The notes: generated by a model from the letters alone, not told the origin. 64,000 nt of DNA from Octopus sinensis (GCF_006345805.1 NC_043008.1:15810001-15874000); one strand, 5' to 3'. Counted from the first letter of the stretch, positions 1 through 14,800 are shown. Numbers and translations: made by a program.

Positions 1-239
1 GCGCAGAGGCGTTCATGATTTTCCCAACTGCATTAGCTTCATAATTAATACGAAATAATTCCGAAGTGGGCTAATCAATTTGTGAGACCTTTATTGATAG
101 CGTGCTCGTGTGCAGAAAACGAAATAATAAACAGGATTAACTGATTGAAACGACTTAAAATGTTAATTGATGTAAATACTAATTTATATCCTTATGGCAA
201 TCTGCCTCTCTCTCTCATTCTCTCTACCTCTCTCTCTTA

Positions 240-322
<83 letters not shown>

Positions 323-324
323 AT

Positions 325-723
325 ATAGGCTTAGAAGTGGCTGTGTGGTAAGTAGTTTGCTTACCAATCACATGGTTGCAGGTTGAGACCCACTGCGTGG
401 AACCTTGGGCAAGTATCTTCTATTATAACCATGAGCCGACTAAAGCCTTGTGAGTGGTTTTGGTAGACGGAAACTGAAAGAAGCCCGTCGTATACATATA
501 TATATATATGTGTTTGTGTGTCTGCCCCCTCCCCCCTAGCATTGCTTGACAACCGATGGTGGTATGTTTAAGTACCCGTAACTTAGCGGTTCGATGAAAG
601 ACAACAATAGAATAAGTACTAGGCATCCAAAGAATAGGTCCTGGGGTCGATTTGCTCGACTAAAACGCGGTGCTCTAGCATGGCCTCAGTTAAATAACTG
701 AAACAAGTAAAATAGTAAAGAGA
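325..723 (+). mobile_element. tRNA-derived SINE, family A (internal TA/TG microsatellite), full length
   Basis: Head gtggctgtgtggtaag, B-box-like ggttgagaccc, central gaaactgaaagaagcccgtcg + (TA)n(TG)n, 3' tail cagcatggcc..aaacaagtaaaa; same architecture recurs about 10 times in the window. Confidence 0.85.
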
Positions 724-790
<67 letters not shown>

Positions 791-1274
791 CCAGTTAGAC
801 GATGACAAAAATGAGATTTTTGTTTTCTGAACATATAATATATTTATCAATTTAACGTTCGAATCAGAACTCCTTGGCTGCTGCCTTTTCTGTTAGAAGT
901 ACGTAATAAATTTGTCACATACGCATCCGGATATGTTTTCATGTAACAGGCAAACATTGTCTTTTCTCTTCCTAGACGGGCCACGTCTGCTAGCTAAAAA
1001 TAGTAGAGCCACTCCCGGAATACGATTCCCCAGAGGTCCCATTGATAAAGGGGTTATAAGACACACAACAACACACATCCTATTCAAAAGCTGCCTTTAA
1101 TCTCCGCCGTGTGATTAATCAATACTTTAGTAGATTAAATGCAATTTATCGTGATCCAATTACCTGATTTCAATATGCAGATTTAGTTTGAAAATCATGA
1201 AAAGTTCCACAATTTCCTATGAGTCACTTTTGATAGTCTGAGACTGAATCACTTTGTAATGATACAAAGCTGTA

Positions 1275-1496
1275 TGCGATGGCGTGCTGAAAAGTTCCTG
1301 GCTTTGGTTAACAGAAAATACGGGAGGATCAGTTAATTATTATTTTTTAAAAGCATATTCCACTCTCGGGTTCACACACTTATTACAGCAGTCCTTCAGT
1401 TTTTCTAAACACTGTAAAAGGACTCGGAAGTTTGGGCCTTCAACCAGGCCATTAGCAATACTCTTAAAGCCAGAAACTTTTCAGCACACTCTCGTA
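1275..1496. mobile_element. mariner-type MITE (~220 bp)
   Basis: Terminal inverted repeats gtgctgaaaagttcctggcttt / aaagccagaaacttttcagcac, right end ctcg followed by TA; non-coding interior. Confidence 0.7.
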
Positions 1497-1989
1497 TAGT
1501 ATACACCTTATATAGATTTGTTTTTTCGTCTTGAATCTTATCATTTCAAATAACGTAGAGGAATTAAAATTCTTAAGAAAAACATTGTCACCGGAATATC
1601 TCATTTAGCTGTTTCCAAAATCTACTGCTTGAATGCATATATAAGGAACATTTATTTTTAATGGTTAATGAAAATATTTCATGGATTTGTTCTTACCTAC
1701 ATTACTTCATTAGATAATTACTCGAATTGGGAAAGAGATAATATTACTGGGCACTGTTATGAGAGCAATTGAAATATTACCCATATTCTATATATACTGG
1801 GTGTATATATACAGGGTGTATTTACAAAGGGCGGAATAGATTATGAGCGGCCAACGGCCATCCAGCAATACGTGTACATGTGTATCCATGCATGTATATA
1901 TATCTGTATACATACGTATGTGTGTATGCATGAATCTTTGTTTGTCTGTCTGTAAGCATGTATGTGTCTATCTATATATCTATCAACAT

Positions 1990-1999
1990 TTCTATCTAT

Positions 2000-2063
<64 letters not shown>

Positions 2064-2064
2064 A

Positions 2065-2123
<59 letters not shown>

Positions 2124-2165
2124 TTATCTATTTATCTGTCTCTCTGTTTGTCTGTCTTTCTATCT
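1990..2165. repeat. (TATC)n tetranucleotide microsatellite
   Basis: Direct reading; source of the LSIY-repeat ORFs. Confidence 0.95.
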
Positions 2166-3056
2166 AGCTGTATGTCTGTGTTGCATATATTCATTACTTA
2201 TTTACTCACTGGTCATTTCATATAATTAATTTTAATGAAAGCATATATCATTGAGTATTATGCAAATTTTGATTCAATTTTGATTCACGTAATTTTCTCT
2301 TTAAATTATTACGCCTATTCGTGCATCGTGTACAATGCAGTCTGCTGAAAATTATTAAAAAAAAAAATAGGAGTACTACTCAATTTGCATTTTAGACATT
2401 ATGACACAGTAATTATAGTCTGGAAATAGTACAACGGAATAAATTAAATTCATACAATTCACGGCGGAATTGGGAACACTCTAGAAAGTTGCTGAAGATA
2501 TGCTGTAGTAAATTCCTTTTTCTCTCTCTTCAAAATATATGTCGTATAGAAACATTGACTTCTGTATCTGCAGACATATTTATTAGACGTAAGCTTGACT
2601 ATAAATACACGAGTGCAACCAATAATCTTAAATAGAACTAATTCTTGAAGTTCTTAAATATACAATACATCACCTAAACATTCTATGAAAATAAACATGT
2701 ATAACAGGAAAAATATTAATGATTTGAATATTTGGCATGACAAGAATATTAAGGAAACTTATGTGAAATGTACAAGGCTAATAATAACAACCTTTTTATC
2801 AGGAATTTGAAACGGTAATCAACATGGCTCATGGACATTGATATATATATATATATATATTTATATTTATAACTAATAAATTCAGGAGATATTTCTCTCT
2901 TATAAATTTAGACATCGGCTAGTGTCCTGCTCTAATAATGAAAATATTACAAAGTGAACGGCAAGTAAAAAATTTTGTACATATTTCTGAAGTTTTTTCT
3001 GCACTTATATCTAGGCGATTATGTATGTGTATACATAGATACATATATACATACAT

Positions 3057-3111
<55 letters not shown>

Positions 3112-3157
3112 ATACACATACATATATACATGTGTGTATATAAATATATATACCCTT

Positions 3158-3492
3158 TACTCTTTTATTATTTTACTTGTTTCAGTTATTTGACCGTGGC
3201 CATGCTGGAGCAACGCCTTTAATCGACCCCAGGACTTATTCTTTGTAGACTAGTACTTATTCTCTCGGTATGCTTACGGGGGCGTAAACACACCGGCATC
3301 AGTTGTCAAGCGATGTTGGGGGGGGGGGACAAACTGACACGCGCACACACACATACACATATATATATATATACATATATACAATGGGCTTCTTTCAGTT
3401 TCCGCCTATCAAATCTGCTGACAAGACTTTGGTCGGCCCGGAACGTTGTGGTTGGTAAGCAAATTACTTACCACACAGCCACTCCTACGCCT
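3158..3492 (-). mobile_element. SINE family A, internally deleted copy
   Basis: Reverse complement of family A tail (ttacttgtttcagt..gccatgctggagc) and head (cacagccactcc..gcc). Confidence 0.8.
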
Positions 3493-3504
3493 ATGTATAT
3501 GTAT

Positions 3505-3536
<32 letters not shown>

Positions 3537-4419
3537 AACATACGCATGTGTGTATGTATGTATATATTTTCCAAGACTAGTGTATGAAGACTGATTTTTG
3601 TTTGTTCATGGTAGGCGATACGGTACGGTTTGTGGGAAATTTGACCACTGCCATTATGATCAACATAGCTGGAATGCATTTTGTCCTAATTCCACCGGAT
3701 AACGTTTGACTTTTGATGTAAACAAGAAAATAAACACAAAGAAAAGGGCTTTCAAACATAATATCCCAGTACATCAGTGTGAAGAGAGAAGAGATATGAA
3801 AGATAGCTTTCATTAAACGAGCATTTGAGTTAGACTACCTAATAAGTATACTCTGGAACAGCATGATATTAAAATGATTAAAATATAGAGAAAAGAATAG
3901 AAATAAGATCATTACAGAATCTGCGATAAAGAAAATCATTTTATCCTGTCGGTCACATATAACACTAATGTAATAAAGCTTAGGATTTGAAATCAGTGCA
4001 GAGGAAGCTAAATATCTTGTTGAACAGAAGGCAACACACAGGGCGGAAAGAAGAGATTGACAATTTTTATGCTATACACCAGCCGTAGGTAACAAAACTT
4101 CCTTAAAAATTGGCCTCGTTTTCTGATTGGTACCCAGCCAAATAATTTCATTTAAAAAAAAAGGATTAGGCGTTTGTTCTGAAATAATTATACATATTCT
4201 TTTAGCTCACGATGACAATAATCATATAATTTTATAAAGAGTCGTTCCATTGCTTTACTGAAATTCAATCAATGTTTCACGCGTTTCTTTAAAGAATTCT
4301 GTAACCATCTTTCAAAAGAAGACACAAGCCATCATATGAGCATTTCAGTTATATGGTAAATATTAATTCCCGAGGCTTTAAAAAATATTTGTGAATTAAA
4401 CGCATGTATTATGGAATGT

Positions 4420-4434
4420 ATATATATCTATATA

Positions 4435-4487
<53 letters not shown>

Positions 4488-4987
4488 TATATATATATAA
4501 TACATTATATAAATATATACACATTCAAAGAAACAGTGGATATTGATGGTTAGTTATTCCTCAAAGCAAGTGTTTTCAATAAAAGAAAATTATGCCACCA
4601 TTCAGGCAACTTCATATCTGTAAACACGTTTCACACATGCGCATGCGTAGCGACACACGCATAGCCAACACATTTAATTATTGATGCTTGCGTTTATGCA
4701 TATACATACCTCAATGTGAGTAAATAAACACACACACACACGCACAAAGACATGCATATTTTTCATATGAACGTGTGGATGTGGGTGTGTATATGTATGT
4801 GTGTGTGTGTGTGCATGTGTGCCATGTGTGCGTTCTGTATATAGGTATATGGATGGGAATGTAATGATAAAGAAGAGAGAGGAAAAAGGAGCAGATGGAT
4901 CGATATATATATATATAGGTACATAAGAGTATATATATATATGTGTGTGTATAAATATATACACAAGCACATACACACAGACGCACA

Positions 4988-5018
<31 letters not shown>

Positions 5019-5320
5019 GCATATATTTATACATATATATGCTATATACATATATATATATATATATATAATATATATGCATATATATACATATATATAT
5101 ATATATTCATATACATACCTACATATATACATATGTATATGTATATACATATATATATGTATATTATATGCATATATGTATTCATGCATGTATGTATGTG
5201 TGCGTGTGTGTATATATATACATATATATATATATATATAATAATATATATATATATATATATATAATATATATATATATATACGTATACATATATATAT
5301 AGATATATACATATATATGC

Positions 5321-5351
<31 letters not shown>

Positions 5352-5460
5352 TATACATACATATATACATATATATATATGTATATATATATGCATGTAT
5401 GTATGTATGTATGTATGTATGTGTATGTGCGCGTGTGTGTATATATATACATGGTGAAAG
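4420..5460. repeat. Compound (TA)n/(CA)n/(TATG)n microsatellite field
   Basis: Direct reading; source of the YI/HI-repeat ORFs. Confidence 0.9.
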
Positions 5461-5912
5461 TATGCAAACGTAGACTCGTGCATAACACACGGGGATGTAC
5501 AATGTCAAATGGCACAAGAAAGTTTACAGGATCTGTGAAAACTCTTTTCGAAATATGCATTCTTTTATGCCAGAGGGAATACATACGCTGCGTAAAGTCT
5601 TTTTTTCTAATGTTATTATTATTTATATCGAAGGTAAGAAAATCAGTTTTATACATGAATATATATATATTATTTTTTTAATTTTTTTTTTTTATGCTTC
5701 GGTTCTCACTAAGGATAAAACATCTTGTTTCAGGCTAAAATATGCGGCAGAAAATTATATTCGGTTTTTCCTACAAGTTTTAACCAGTATTTCACATTTT
5801 CTAACGTTGAATTGATAGACTTCCATAGTAGAAATCTCTTCAAACTTTTCATGAATGCAATCATTTTTCTAAATACACTTTCGATATAATACATAGGATG
5901 CCGAAATATATA

Positions 5913-6125
5913 TTACTCTTTTACTCTCTTACTTGTTTCAGTCATTTGACTGCGGCCATGCTGGAGCACCGCCTTTAGTCGAGCAAATCGACCCCAGGAC
6001 TTATTCTTTGTAAGCCCAGTACTTATTCTATCGGTCTCTTGTGCCGAACCGCTATGTGACGGGGGCGTAAACATCGGTTGTCAAGCGATGATAGGGGGAC
6101 AACCACAGACGCACAAACACAGACG

Positions 6126-6169
<44 letters not shown>

Positions 6170-6334
6170 TACGACAGGCTTCTTTTCAGTATCCGTCTAC
6201 CAAATCCACTCACAAGGCATTGGTCGACCCGGGGATATAGCAGGAGACACTTGCCCAAGATGCCACGCAGTGGGACTGAACCCGGTACCATGTGGTTGGT
6301 TAGCAAGCTACTTACCACACAGCCACTCCTGCGC
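5913..6334 (-). mobile_element. SINE family A, near full length, well preserved
   Basis: Complete head, middle, microsatellite and tail on the minus strand; B-box gggttcagtccc readable on the minus strand. Confidence 0.9.
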
Positions 6335-6682
6335 AAAACAACTATAGCAAAACTGTCTTACAGAACATTAGATTTTGGGCCAAAGTTTTCCATTGTCTAA
6401 CGTCAAGCTCTAAGCCGTGACGAATTAAAATATCATCCACGCAATAAGATTTAATTTGTATAATTACATTCTTCTACATGTGCTCAACTACATTACAAAT
6501 ATTTACGTTTTGATGAATCTGACAAAGCTATAGTAAGGAGTTAACACCCTCTCTTTCAAACATTTCCTGCTGGTCTGCCATAAAAGTATAAATTCATAAA
6601 AAAAGTAGACAGAATAATATTTCATGAATTCAAATGTTTTGATGGCAATTGCTGACTGCATCGTTTAGTGATGCGAAATAAT

Positions 6683-6878
6683 ATTCTTTTATTCTTTTAT
6701 TCTTTTATTTGTTTCACCCATTTGACTGCGGTCATGCTGGAGCACCGAATTTAGTCGAACAAATCAACTCCAGTACATATTACATCAGTTTCTATTACCG
6801 AACCGCTAAGTGACGGGGACGTAAACACACCAGCATAGATTGTCAAGCTATGTTGGGGGGACAAACACAGAAACACAA

Positions 6879-6935
<57 letters not shown>

Positions 6936-7098
6936 CGACGGGCTTCTTTCAGTTTCCGTCTACGAAATCCACTCACAAGGCTATGGTCGGTCCGAGGTTA
7001 TAGCAGAAGGCACATGCGCAAGGCGCCACGCAGTCGGATTGAAACTGGGATCATGTTGTTCATAAGCAAGCTACTTACCACAGAGCCACACCTGCGCC
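6683..7098 (-). mobile_element. SINE family A, near full length
   Basis: Same modules as 5913-6334. Confidence 0.85.
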
Positions 7099-7599
7099 TT
7101 GTAAATAATCTTCGTAAAACAAAAATCCACAAAATTTTCCCGAGTAAGCATAATCCGAGTCCTTATGTGATCATCAAGTGGCAACCAGAATATGACTAGA
7201 AACCCCCAGACACGAAATAGCCGGGAGACAGCAGTTACTTGAAGGACGTCACACATTTGAATGAAAAGAATGGTTTTCTGTGACTGCAGTTGGGTCTCAG
7301 TAGCCAGCTCTTTCTAGTAAGGCAAGTGGCTACAAAAGATATCTCGAATATAGCCTGTACCAAATTATTCAACTGAATCCACTCGCAAAAAACGTCATTG
7401 CTTTCCGATAAAAGAAACAGTTTGTGTAAATCGGGAATATACAATACTCTCACTAACAAACCGGTCAGGCAACGGCTAGAAGAACGGATAGAAATCATCT
7501 GATTACTGGCAGGCATCAAACATGCCAAGACCTTTACTCATAACAGATCGACAAACACAAAAAAACACGCGAAAGCGCGCGTACACACACAAACAGGCG

Positions 7600-8255
7600 T
7601 GTATGTGTGTGTGTCTTTGTCAATATTGTCCCTAAACCAACCTGTTTCTTTACTACCTACAAGGGGCTAAACACAGAGAGGACAAACAAGGACAGACAAA
7701 CGGATTAAGTCGATAATATCGACCCCAGTGCGTAACTGGTACTTATTTAATCGACCCCGAAAGGATGAAAGGCAAAGTCGACCTCGACGGAATTTGAACT
7801 CAGAACGTAGCGACAGGCTAAATACCTATTTCTTTATTACCCACAAAGGGCTAAACACAGAGGGGGCAAACAAGGGCAGACATAGGTATTAAGTCGATTA
7901 CATCGACTCCAGTTGGTAACTGATACTTAATTTATCGACCCCGAAAGGATGAAAGGCAAAGTCGACCTCGGCGGAATTTGAACTCAGAACGTAACAACAG
8001 ACGAAATACAGCGAAGCATTTCGCCCGGCGTGCTAACGATTCTGCCACCTCGTCGCCTTCTATTGTCCCTAAACCAACCGCTTGGTAACTAGTGTTTGGA
8101 TGTATACGTCGTCGCAGGTAGCGTATCGGTGACGTATATGATAAAAATAAAAACACAAAATAAATACTGGAATCGAATTGTTCGACTAAAGATCCTTGAA
8201 GACAGCACGTCATCAGGGCTGCAGTGAAATGATCGAAGCAAACAAAAGATAACGC
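7600..8255 (+). mobile_element. Diverged SINE family A 3' half, split by a family B insertion
   Basis: (TG)n + tgtccc at ~7600-7642 resumes at 8061 and runs into the tail gtcgaattgttcgactaaag-like / gcagtgaaatga. Confidence 0.5.
7643..8060 (-). mobile_element. SINE family B, dimeric (full unit + 3' subunit), 19-bp TSD
   Basis: Head aggcgacgaggtggcagaatcgttagcacgccgggcg on the minus strand; TSD tattgtccctaaaccaacc at 7624-7642 and 8061-8079. Confidence 0.9.
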
Positions 8256-8904
8256 AGATGATAAAAGCGACAACAAATGATCAACATCTGTCGTGAGGAG
8301 AACCGCTTGAGCGTCAGCGGGATTCCTACCGAGTTCAACTTTGATCTTTCGGTTCTGGAAGATGATAAAAGAATACCAGTCCAGAGCGTCATATTCGCGA
8401 TTGTGTTAGAGCGTTGGACGCCATGCAGCGATATATCTTGCCCGATTTATTTGGATGATGCTTGAGACGACACAGATTTTTAGATGCATCGGCCTACGCT
8501 TCCAATTAGACATTATTTGGTGGTATGGAAAGGAACGCAGCAGGTAGAATTTTTTCAACGCCGGAAAAAAATAATTGCTTAACGGCATTTCTTCCCGTCT
8601 TGAGTGTATTCAAAATCAACAACTTCAGTCGATTTTGCTTTTCACGCATTCCACGTCCATACAATAAGAACCATCTTGAGCAACGGCGTCGATGTAACCG
8701 TCTACCTGATCCCACAAAATATCAAATATTTTAAAACGTTAAAAGAAGAACATGAATATTGATGTAGAGAATGGAAACTTGGATATTTAAGACGTGTGTG
8801 ACTTGACCAAATCTCTACATCTGCGGTTCATTCTAGGTGAAAAGATTCCAGTTCAGTCACAGATGAATGGAACATCGTAATTACTTAAAAATTTACCATC
8901 AATG

Positions 8905-9360
<456 letters not shown>

Positions 9361-10514
9361 TGTGTCTGTGGAAAAGTGTGTGTGAATGTGTGCATTAGAT
9401 ATGTGTTCACGTATGTGGAGGTATATATGTGCAGTTTCTTACGCATGCCAATGATTGTCAATTCTTTTGCCGAAAGTCGGAATTTTAAATGATCAATGTT
9501 AACATATCAGAGATAATATCTTGAGTTGTAATTTGCTTGTAATTTTACCGTATAGATTTGTTAAGTATCATATGTTAAGTAACATCAAATTATAATTACC
9601 ATCTATTGAATAATTTCAAACACGAATTTGGTGATTTGAAAATAAAAAAAGAGAGATTTAAAATATTCATATTTGAAATGGCATCGAAATATATGTATAG
9701 AAATTTTTATTTATATTGTGATAAATTTAGATGGTACAAAGCGTCTTCGTCAAACTTTGTCGTTTTTTATGTTGAATGAAGGAAAGTGATCCTGAGTATC
9801 ACGCGTTATAAATGACAAAGTAAAAAAAAAAAATATTCCCCCGAGTTATTTATAAAGTAAATCATCTGGAATTCCTTCGAAAAGGAGGGTGCGGTATAAT
9901 AGAAATGGTAACTTTGACACACATTTGCATTTTTTCTTCAAAAAACCCACTCATTAAACAGTCGTGATATAGAAGCTAAATATCGCTATAATTATACCAT
10001 AGTTTTTTTTTTTGTATAGGTAATACTGTATAACGTAGTCCTAGATATATACTAATTGCCAAGCCCGTGGGGCTGCAATGCCTTTGAACATGTACCAGAT
10101 TCATTAGTTCTGACATATGGGAATCAACACCAAACAACAAAGCAAAGGCAACAAGACAAATGATGTACAAAAATAGCAGCTAGAGGTATATTAAAACCAA
10201 CGTTGCATTGAAACTGCTATTAAACTTTACGTATTTATGTATATTTGCATATTTTTCAACTCACACATATTTAAGGATGAAAATGAAATTATTGAGAGGA
10301 GTAAATTAAAACATATGAAATACTATAATTTATTAACCATTACAAATATATGTAAAGAATGATGTCACACTTGTAATTTCATCCCTAGGACACGTTTTCT
10401 GTCTGTGTACATTTGTGATGAAGCATGCTGCAAAGAGACACAATTTTATTAGACGAATATAACTCAAACACGCACATAAGCACACACAATGGGAGATAAT
10501 CTATCCAAATCTAT

Positions 10515-10548
<34 letters not shown>

Positions 10549-10893
10549 GCATTTATGTATATGCATAAATATATACTTATATGTATATCCGTTTGCGTTG
10601 GTATCGTGTGCCGTGTTAAATAATGATTTTTTTATGCAAGACTTTATTCAAAAACAATAACAACAACTTTTCCCTCAAAATATAGACCATCATTTTCCAC
10701 GATCTTCTGCCAATGAACTGCAAGCTTCGGATTTGGCCAAAAAAAAAAAAAAACCAATCCTTCGGCTTTGAATCGAAAATTCTTGACAGCCTTCTTCAAC
10801 TTCATCGAATGACTCAAACAGTTAAACAATTGTAACGATTTAAACTGTATATTTATAAACAGCAATTAGTGTATATATATATATAAATATATG

Positions 10894-11111
10894 TAGGCCC
10901 GTAGCCAGAAAAAAATCAGGAAGGGGGAGAGGGAGAGGGGGAGGAAGGGTACCTAAAATTTCTTTTCATGAGACCCCCACAAAAATGCTCTCTGTGGGTA
11001 CTCGCCTAAAAATTGCCAGAAATGGGCACTTTTTTCTACAATTGTTTCTTTTTCCATTCTGAAATAATTCGGAGGATGGGGAATGTACACTCCCACCCAA
11101 TTGGCTACAAG

Positions 11112-11115
<4 letters not shown>
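10894..11115. mobile_element. Degenerate MITE with short GC-rich TIRs
   Basis: Left taggcccgtagccag..gggg versus right cccacccaattggctacaagtctgta; flanked by TA tracts. Confidence 0.4.
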
Positions 11116-11155
<40 letters not shown>

Positions 11156-11764
11156 TTTCTCCTTGGAGATAGGGGCCGCAGAAACTCGCTTAGCGGGCCG
11201 CTAGTTCGAGACTCCTGGTTTATATAGTCACATGTTGAGAGCTATAAATGCTCACTAGTAAATACGAAGAACCTAAACACGTCTCCTTTTCTTCAGCATC
11301 TCCATAAACACAAATGAAGAAACAGTGAAACACCCATATTCTCCGCGTATTTTTTCTGGACAATGAACTTGCTTCAATTCCAACGTCATGGTCAGTCGAG
11401 GATTTGACTGAACTGTAAATTGACACTCGTTGAAAAGTTCAAGAACCGGAAAATATATGTAACATCTATTAAAGGAAAACCAGTAATAACTGTAAATTGT
11501 CACACTCAGAGCAGTTATCGCTCAGAAAGTTTTTATTAGAAACTGACACTCCGCGCCAGGAAGAAAACCTTTGTTGTAAAAAATCTTTCGGTAAATATAC
11601 AACTCTATGCTACTATGTATACAAAAACTACCGAATAATGTATTTAGACACTTCTATTATACATAAATAGATGTGTGTCGTAGCTGCTAATTCGTGTGCT
11701 TGCATCTCGCTACTATATTGTGACTGCTAGAATACTATTTAAAATTTCCCGTAAAATTTCAGCA

Positions 11765-12010
11765 TTGCTTCCACATCAGCGCCGACCTCATCGAGATATT
11801 CCGACCCCGTCCAGAGGAGAGTGATTCGGCTGATTCACATTAAGTCAGTATCGGGTACGTTTTAGCCTCTGGTTCATAGACGTCTTCTCGCTTGCTATTT
11901 CTTTCGTTACAATAATATTCTCTCTTCCTCGGAAGTTGCTTGACTAGTCAGGTCCCACGGCCTAGCTTTCTCTGACGTCTCGACTCACTGGCTACATTCA
12001 CCACCAAAAC
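11765..12010 (+). pseudogene. CR1/L2-group LINE ORF2 3' relic
   Basis: Translates to SDPVQRRVIRLIHIKSVSGTF*PLVHRRLLACYFFRYNN, resembling the LDRVQRRAIRLI..L.SL.HRR.VA.L.LFYRY C-terminal motif of these LINEs. Confidence 0.5.
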
Positions 12011-13193
12011 AGAGAGACAAATCGGCCCTCTAGATTCTTCTCTCTGCTTACAAGTTCCATGCAGCTGCTGACCAACGATAATTTCAAAGAATTACTACCA
12101 ACAACACGGTCATAGTGACGGAGGACTAGAAAATATGGATAACATACTGTCCTTCTACAAATTAGAATCGTATTATGAATTAAGTTTTTGCAGATATCAA
12201 GCCATTTAGTCTATCTTGTTCCTTAACATGCTTCGTGTACTCTATAATAAATAATGCACTCGTTGAACGCCAGTAGCAACTATATGCCAGATCGTGGTCT
12301 GTGTCTGCATGAAAACTGATTCGGAAAGTACTTATGTGTTTATAATTATTAACAAAGTAGGAATTAATATCACCAATGAATCGTGGAAAATTTCAACGAG
12401 AACTAATGTTATCATAATTATGAATTATGAAATGGCGTTCATTTTGTTTAGTCATAGACCGCATTTTGAGAATTATTTCAAGATTACCAAGGCTGGTTAC
12501 ACATTTTCAAAGGAATGATACCTGCTTCACTGGAGATTTTATGGCAAGAGAGAACAAAGCGTATCAGATCAATTCGGCAGAACGAATACCAAGCGAGAAA
12601 TTTTAATTCAAAGGTTTTTCGTCGTAGCTATTTAGATTTTCGCCTATGTTTATCGGCGTTAATACACTGGCATAGAAACTTATGCATAAGCATATAAACA
12701 TCCAAACAAACTCAAGGAAGTATACTAACACATAAACACAAATACAACTGCACAGACCCACGTACTTACACGACCCGGCATACACACAGACACATGCACA
12801 CGCACACACGAACACATGTATGCATACATATGTGATGTGTGTGTAGTTTTTGTATACGTTTATGCCTGATGCAGAGCAGACGGTGGAGTGTCATATATTA
12901 TTTTAAAATGCGTAAAGAAGAGCAACAGTCGAATCAAGTAACTAATAAATCAAACCATAATTCCAGCAAGGGTTGATAACATTTGTGAGTTTAAAATAAA
13001 ATCTGTGTGTGTGATTTTACTGAAAAAGTGAACCTGAAAATATCAACACGCAATCGTACGCATACATACAAATAATAATATACAGACGTGTGCATGCATG
13101 CATATATACATACAGGCATATACATACAGATAGTATGAACCTATGTATATGCGTGTTTGTGTGTGCGTGTATTAACTAATGTATGTATATACA

Positions 13194-13209
<16 letters not shown>

Positions 13210-13233
<24 letters not shown>

Positions 13234-13271
13234 CAATAATAATAATAATAATAATAATAAGGATAATAATG

Positions 13272-13325
<54 letters not shown>
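13210..13325. repeat. (AAT)n microsatellite
   Basis: Direct reading. Confidence 0.95.
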
Positions 13326-13327
<2 letters not shown>

Positions 13328-13530
13328 GGGTAAAATTAATTAATTAATTAATAATAATTTTACTAAGTAGTTCTGTATGTTAAAAGAACCCTTATCGGTA
13401 AACTTAAACAAGTTTTTTTTCTCTTTACCTGCGTGGGTAGTTGAGTATTGTTGTCTGGGAGAGAAATAGTTAGTTTTAACTGCTATTTCTAAATTTCGGT
13501 ATGTGGTGACGCAAATTTTTGCTGAATCCT
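13325..13530. repeat. Dispersed AT-rich repeat family D, copy 1 (forward piece plus inverted piece)
   Basis: aaagggtaaaattaattaatt..agtagt..gtatgt and gtctgggaga..gctatttctaaa..ttcggtatgtggt are shared with 20338-20704 and 48227-48830. Confidence 0.65.
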
Positions 13531-14048
13531 AATTATAATTATACTCATAATTATAAAAATTCCTTCTATATATATATATATTCATTCTCGTGAAGTTAAT
13601 TCTTATGCTTGTGAGAAAATTACATCTTTGCCTAACACGAAACAGTTTATAGTCATATGTCATGTCTAGTTGAGTCAACTCAATATGTTTTGATTACTTA
13701 ATAAAACCTTCGATATATAAGATGTGTTACAAATCATTAAAAAAAGTGAATGGCATAGATTTGAAAATCAGGTAACTGGTGTGTAATTGATATACTAAAT
13801 GCAGTTCACCAATGTATCTTAAGCTAATGAAATTCATTTTAGAATGAAAAACGAAACAATTAGGTTCATTAAAATTCATGTCATTTGTCCATTTGATTTA
13901 TTCTTAGATCTGATTAATTTCTGTTATTGTTCCGCATATCGAATTTTTGTCAAAATGGCTCGAAATAATTTTCTCATCACAGGTATTTTTCTCTAATACT
14001 TGCTATTATATTATTTCAGTTAATACCAAAAATAAATGTTGTATAAGC

Positions 14049-14435
14049 AAAAATGAGGAAGGAAGGAACCAGTGCACACATAAAGATCGCATGTGCGTGA
14101 AACTTAAATCGTGAGGAAAGGTAGTTCACGAAATATCTATGTACTTGTATCTGAACTGTGGGTGAACATGAGAGAGAAAAGAAGAAAGGAGAGGGAGAGT
14201 TGGACTATTTGTGCGTTTGTGAAGCTAAAAATGAGGAAGGAAGGAATCGGTACACACATAAAGATCGCATTTGCGTGAAACTTAAATTGTGAGGAAAGGT
14301 AGTTCAAGAAATATCTATGTACTTGTATTTAAACTGTGGGTGAACGTGAGAGGGAAAAGGAAAAAGGAGAAAGGAGAGAGATAGAGAGAGAGAGCGAGAG
14401 AGAGAGAGTTCGACTATTTGTGCGTTTGTGCAGCT
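14049..14435 (+). repeat. Local tandem duplication (178-bp unit + 209-bp unit with expanded GA tract)
   Basis: Both units start aaaaatgaggaaggaaggaa and end gactatttgtgcgtttgtg.agct. Confidence 0.9.
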
Positions 14436-14800
14436 AATGTAATGTTAAGGAAGCTGTGAAGAGAATCAATGAATTCTCTGAAGGAAGGCGTGCTTTGTTG
14501 ACATTAAAATTATTTAATTCTATACAAAAGTAACCAAGAACAGTAAATCTCAGAAGGAAAGCAAATAACAAAGTGTGAACTGGAATATAATCTGATATTC
14601 GATGCAAATAATCAATACATTGTTCAGACTTGATACAGCAAATATCAAGGTATACATAAATATTGCCAGATCTATATTTTCAGTGTAAGTGTAGATGTCA
14701 TTTCGTTTACAATCAGCGAAATGTATTGTTACTATATAAAGGAAAATACAAGACAATGATCTTTTATTGAAACCACACATCATGTTGCGTAAATACTCAC

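Noticed and set aside
7100-7540. RLEERIEII*LLAG resembling a Tc1-like transposase N-terminus
   Set aside because: Only a ~12-residue resemblance; no TIR or catalytic motifs nearby
8277-8760. GC-richer block with short ORFs, possibly a mariner N-terminus
   Set aside because: No diagnostic motif could be read in any frame
9976-10186. Hydrophobic minus-strand ORF after a tag acceptor (LLFLYIICLVAFALLFGVDS)
   Set aside because: No convincing donor, no ATG, hits a stop in the phase needed to join the 29.3-kb exon; T-rich strand bias explains the hydrophobicity
11170-11217. hAT/Charlie-like terminus (caggagtctcgaactagcggcccg on the minus strand)
   Set aside because: About 50 bp only, no partner end or transposase
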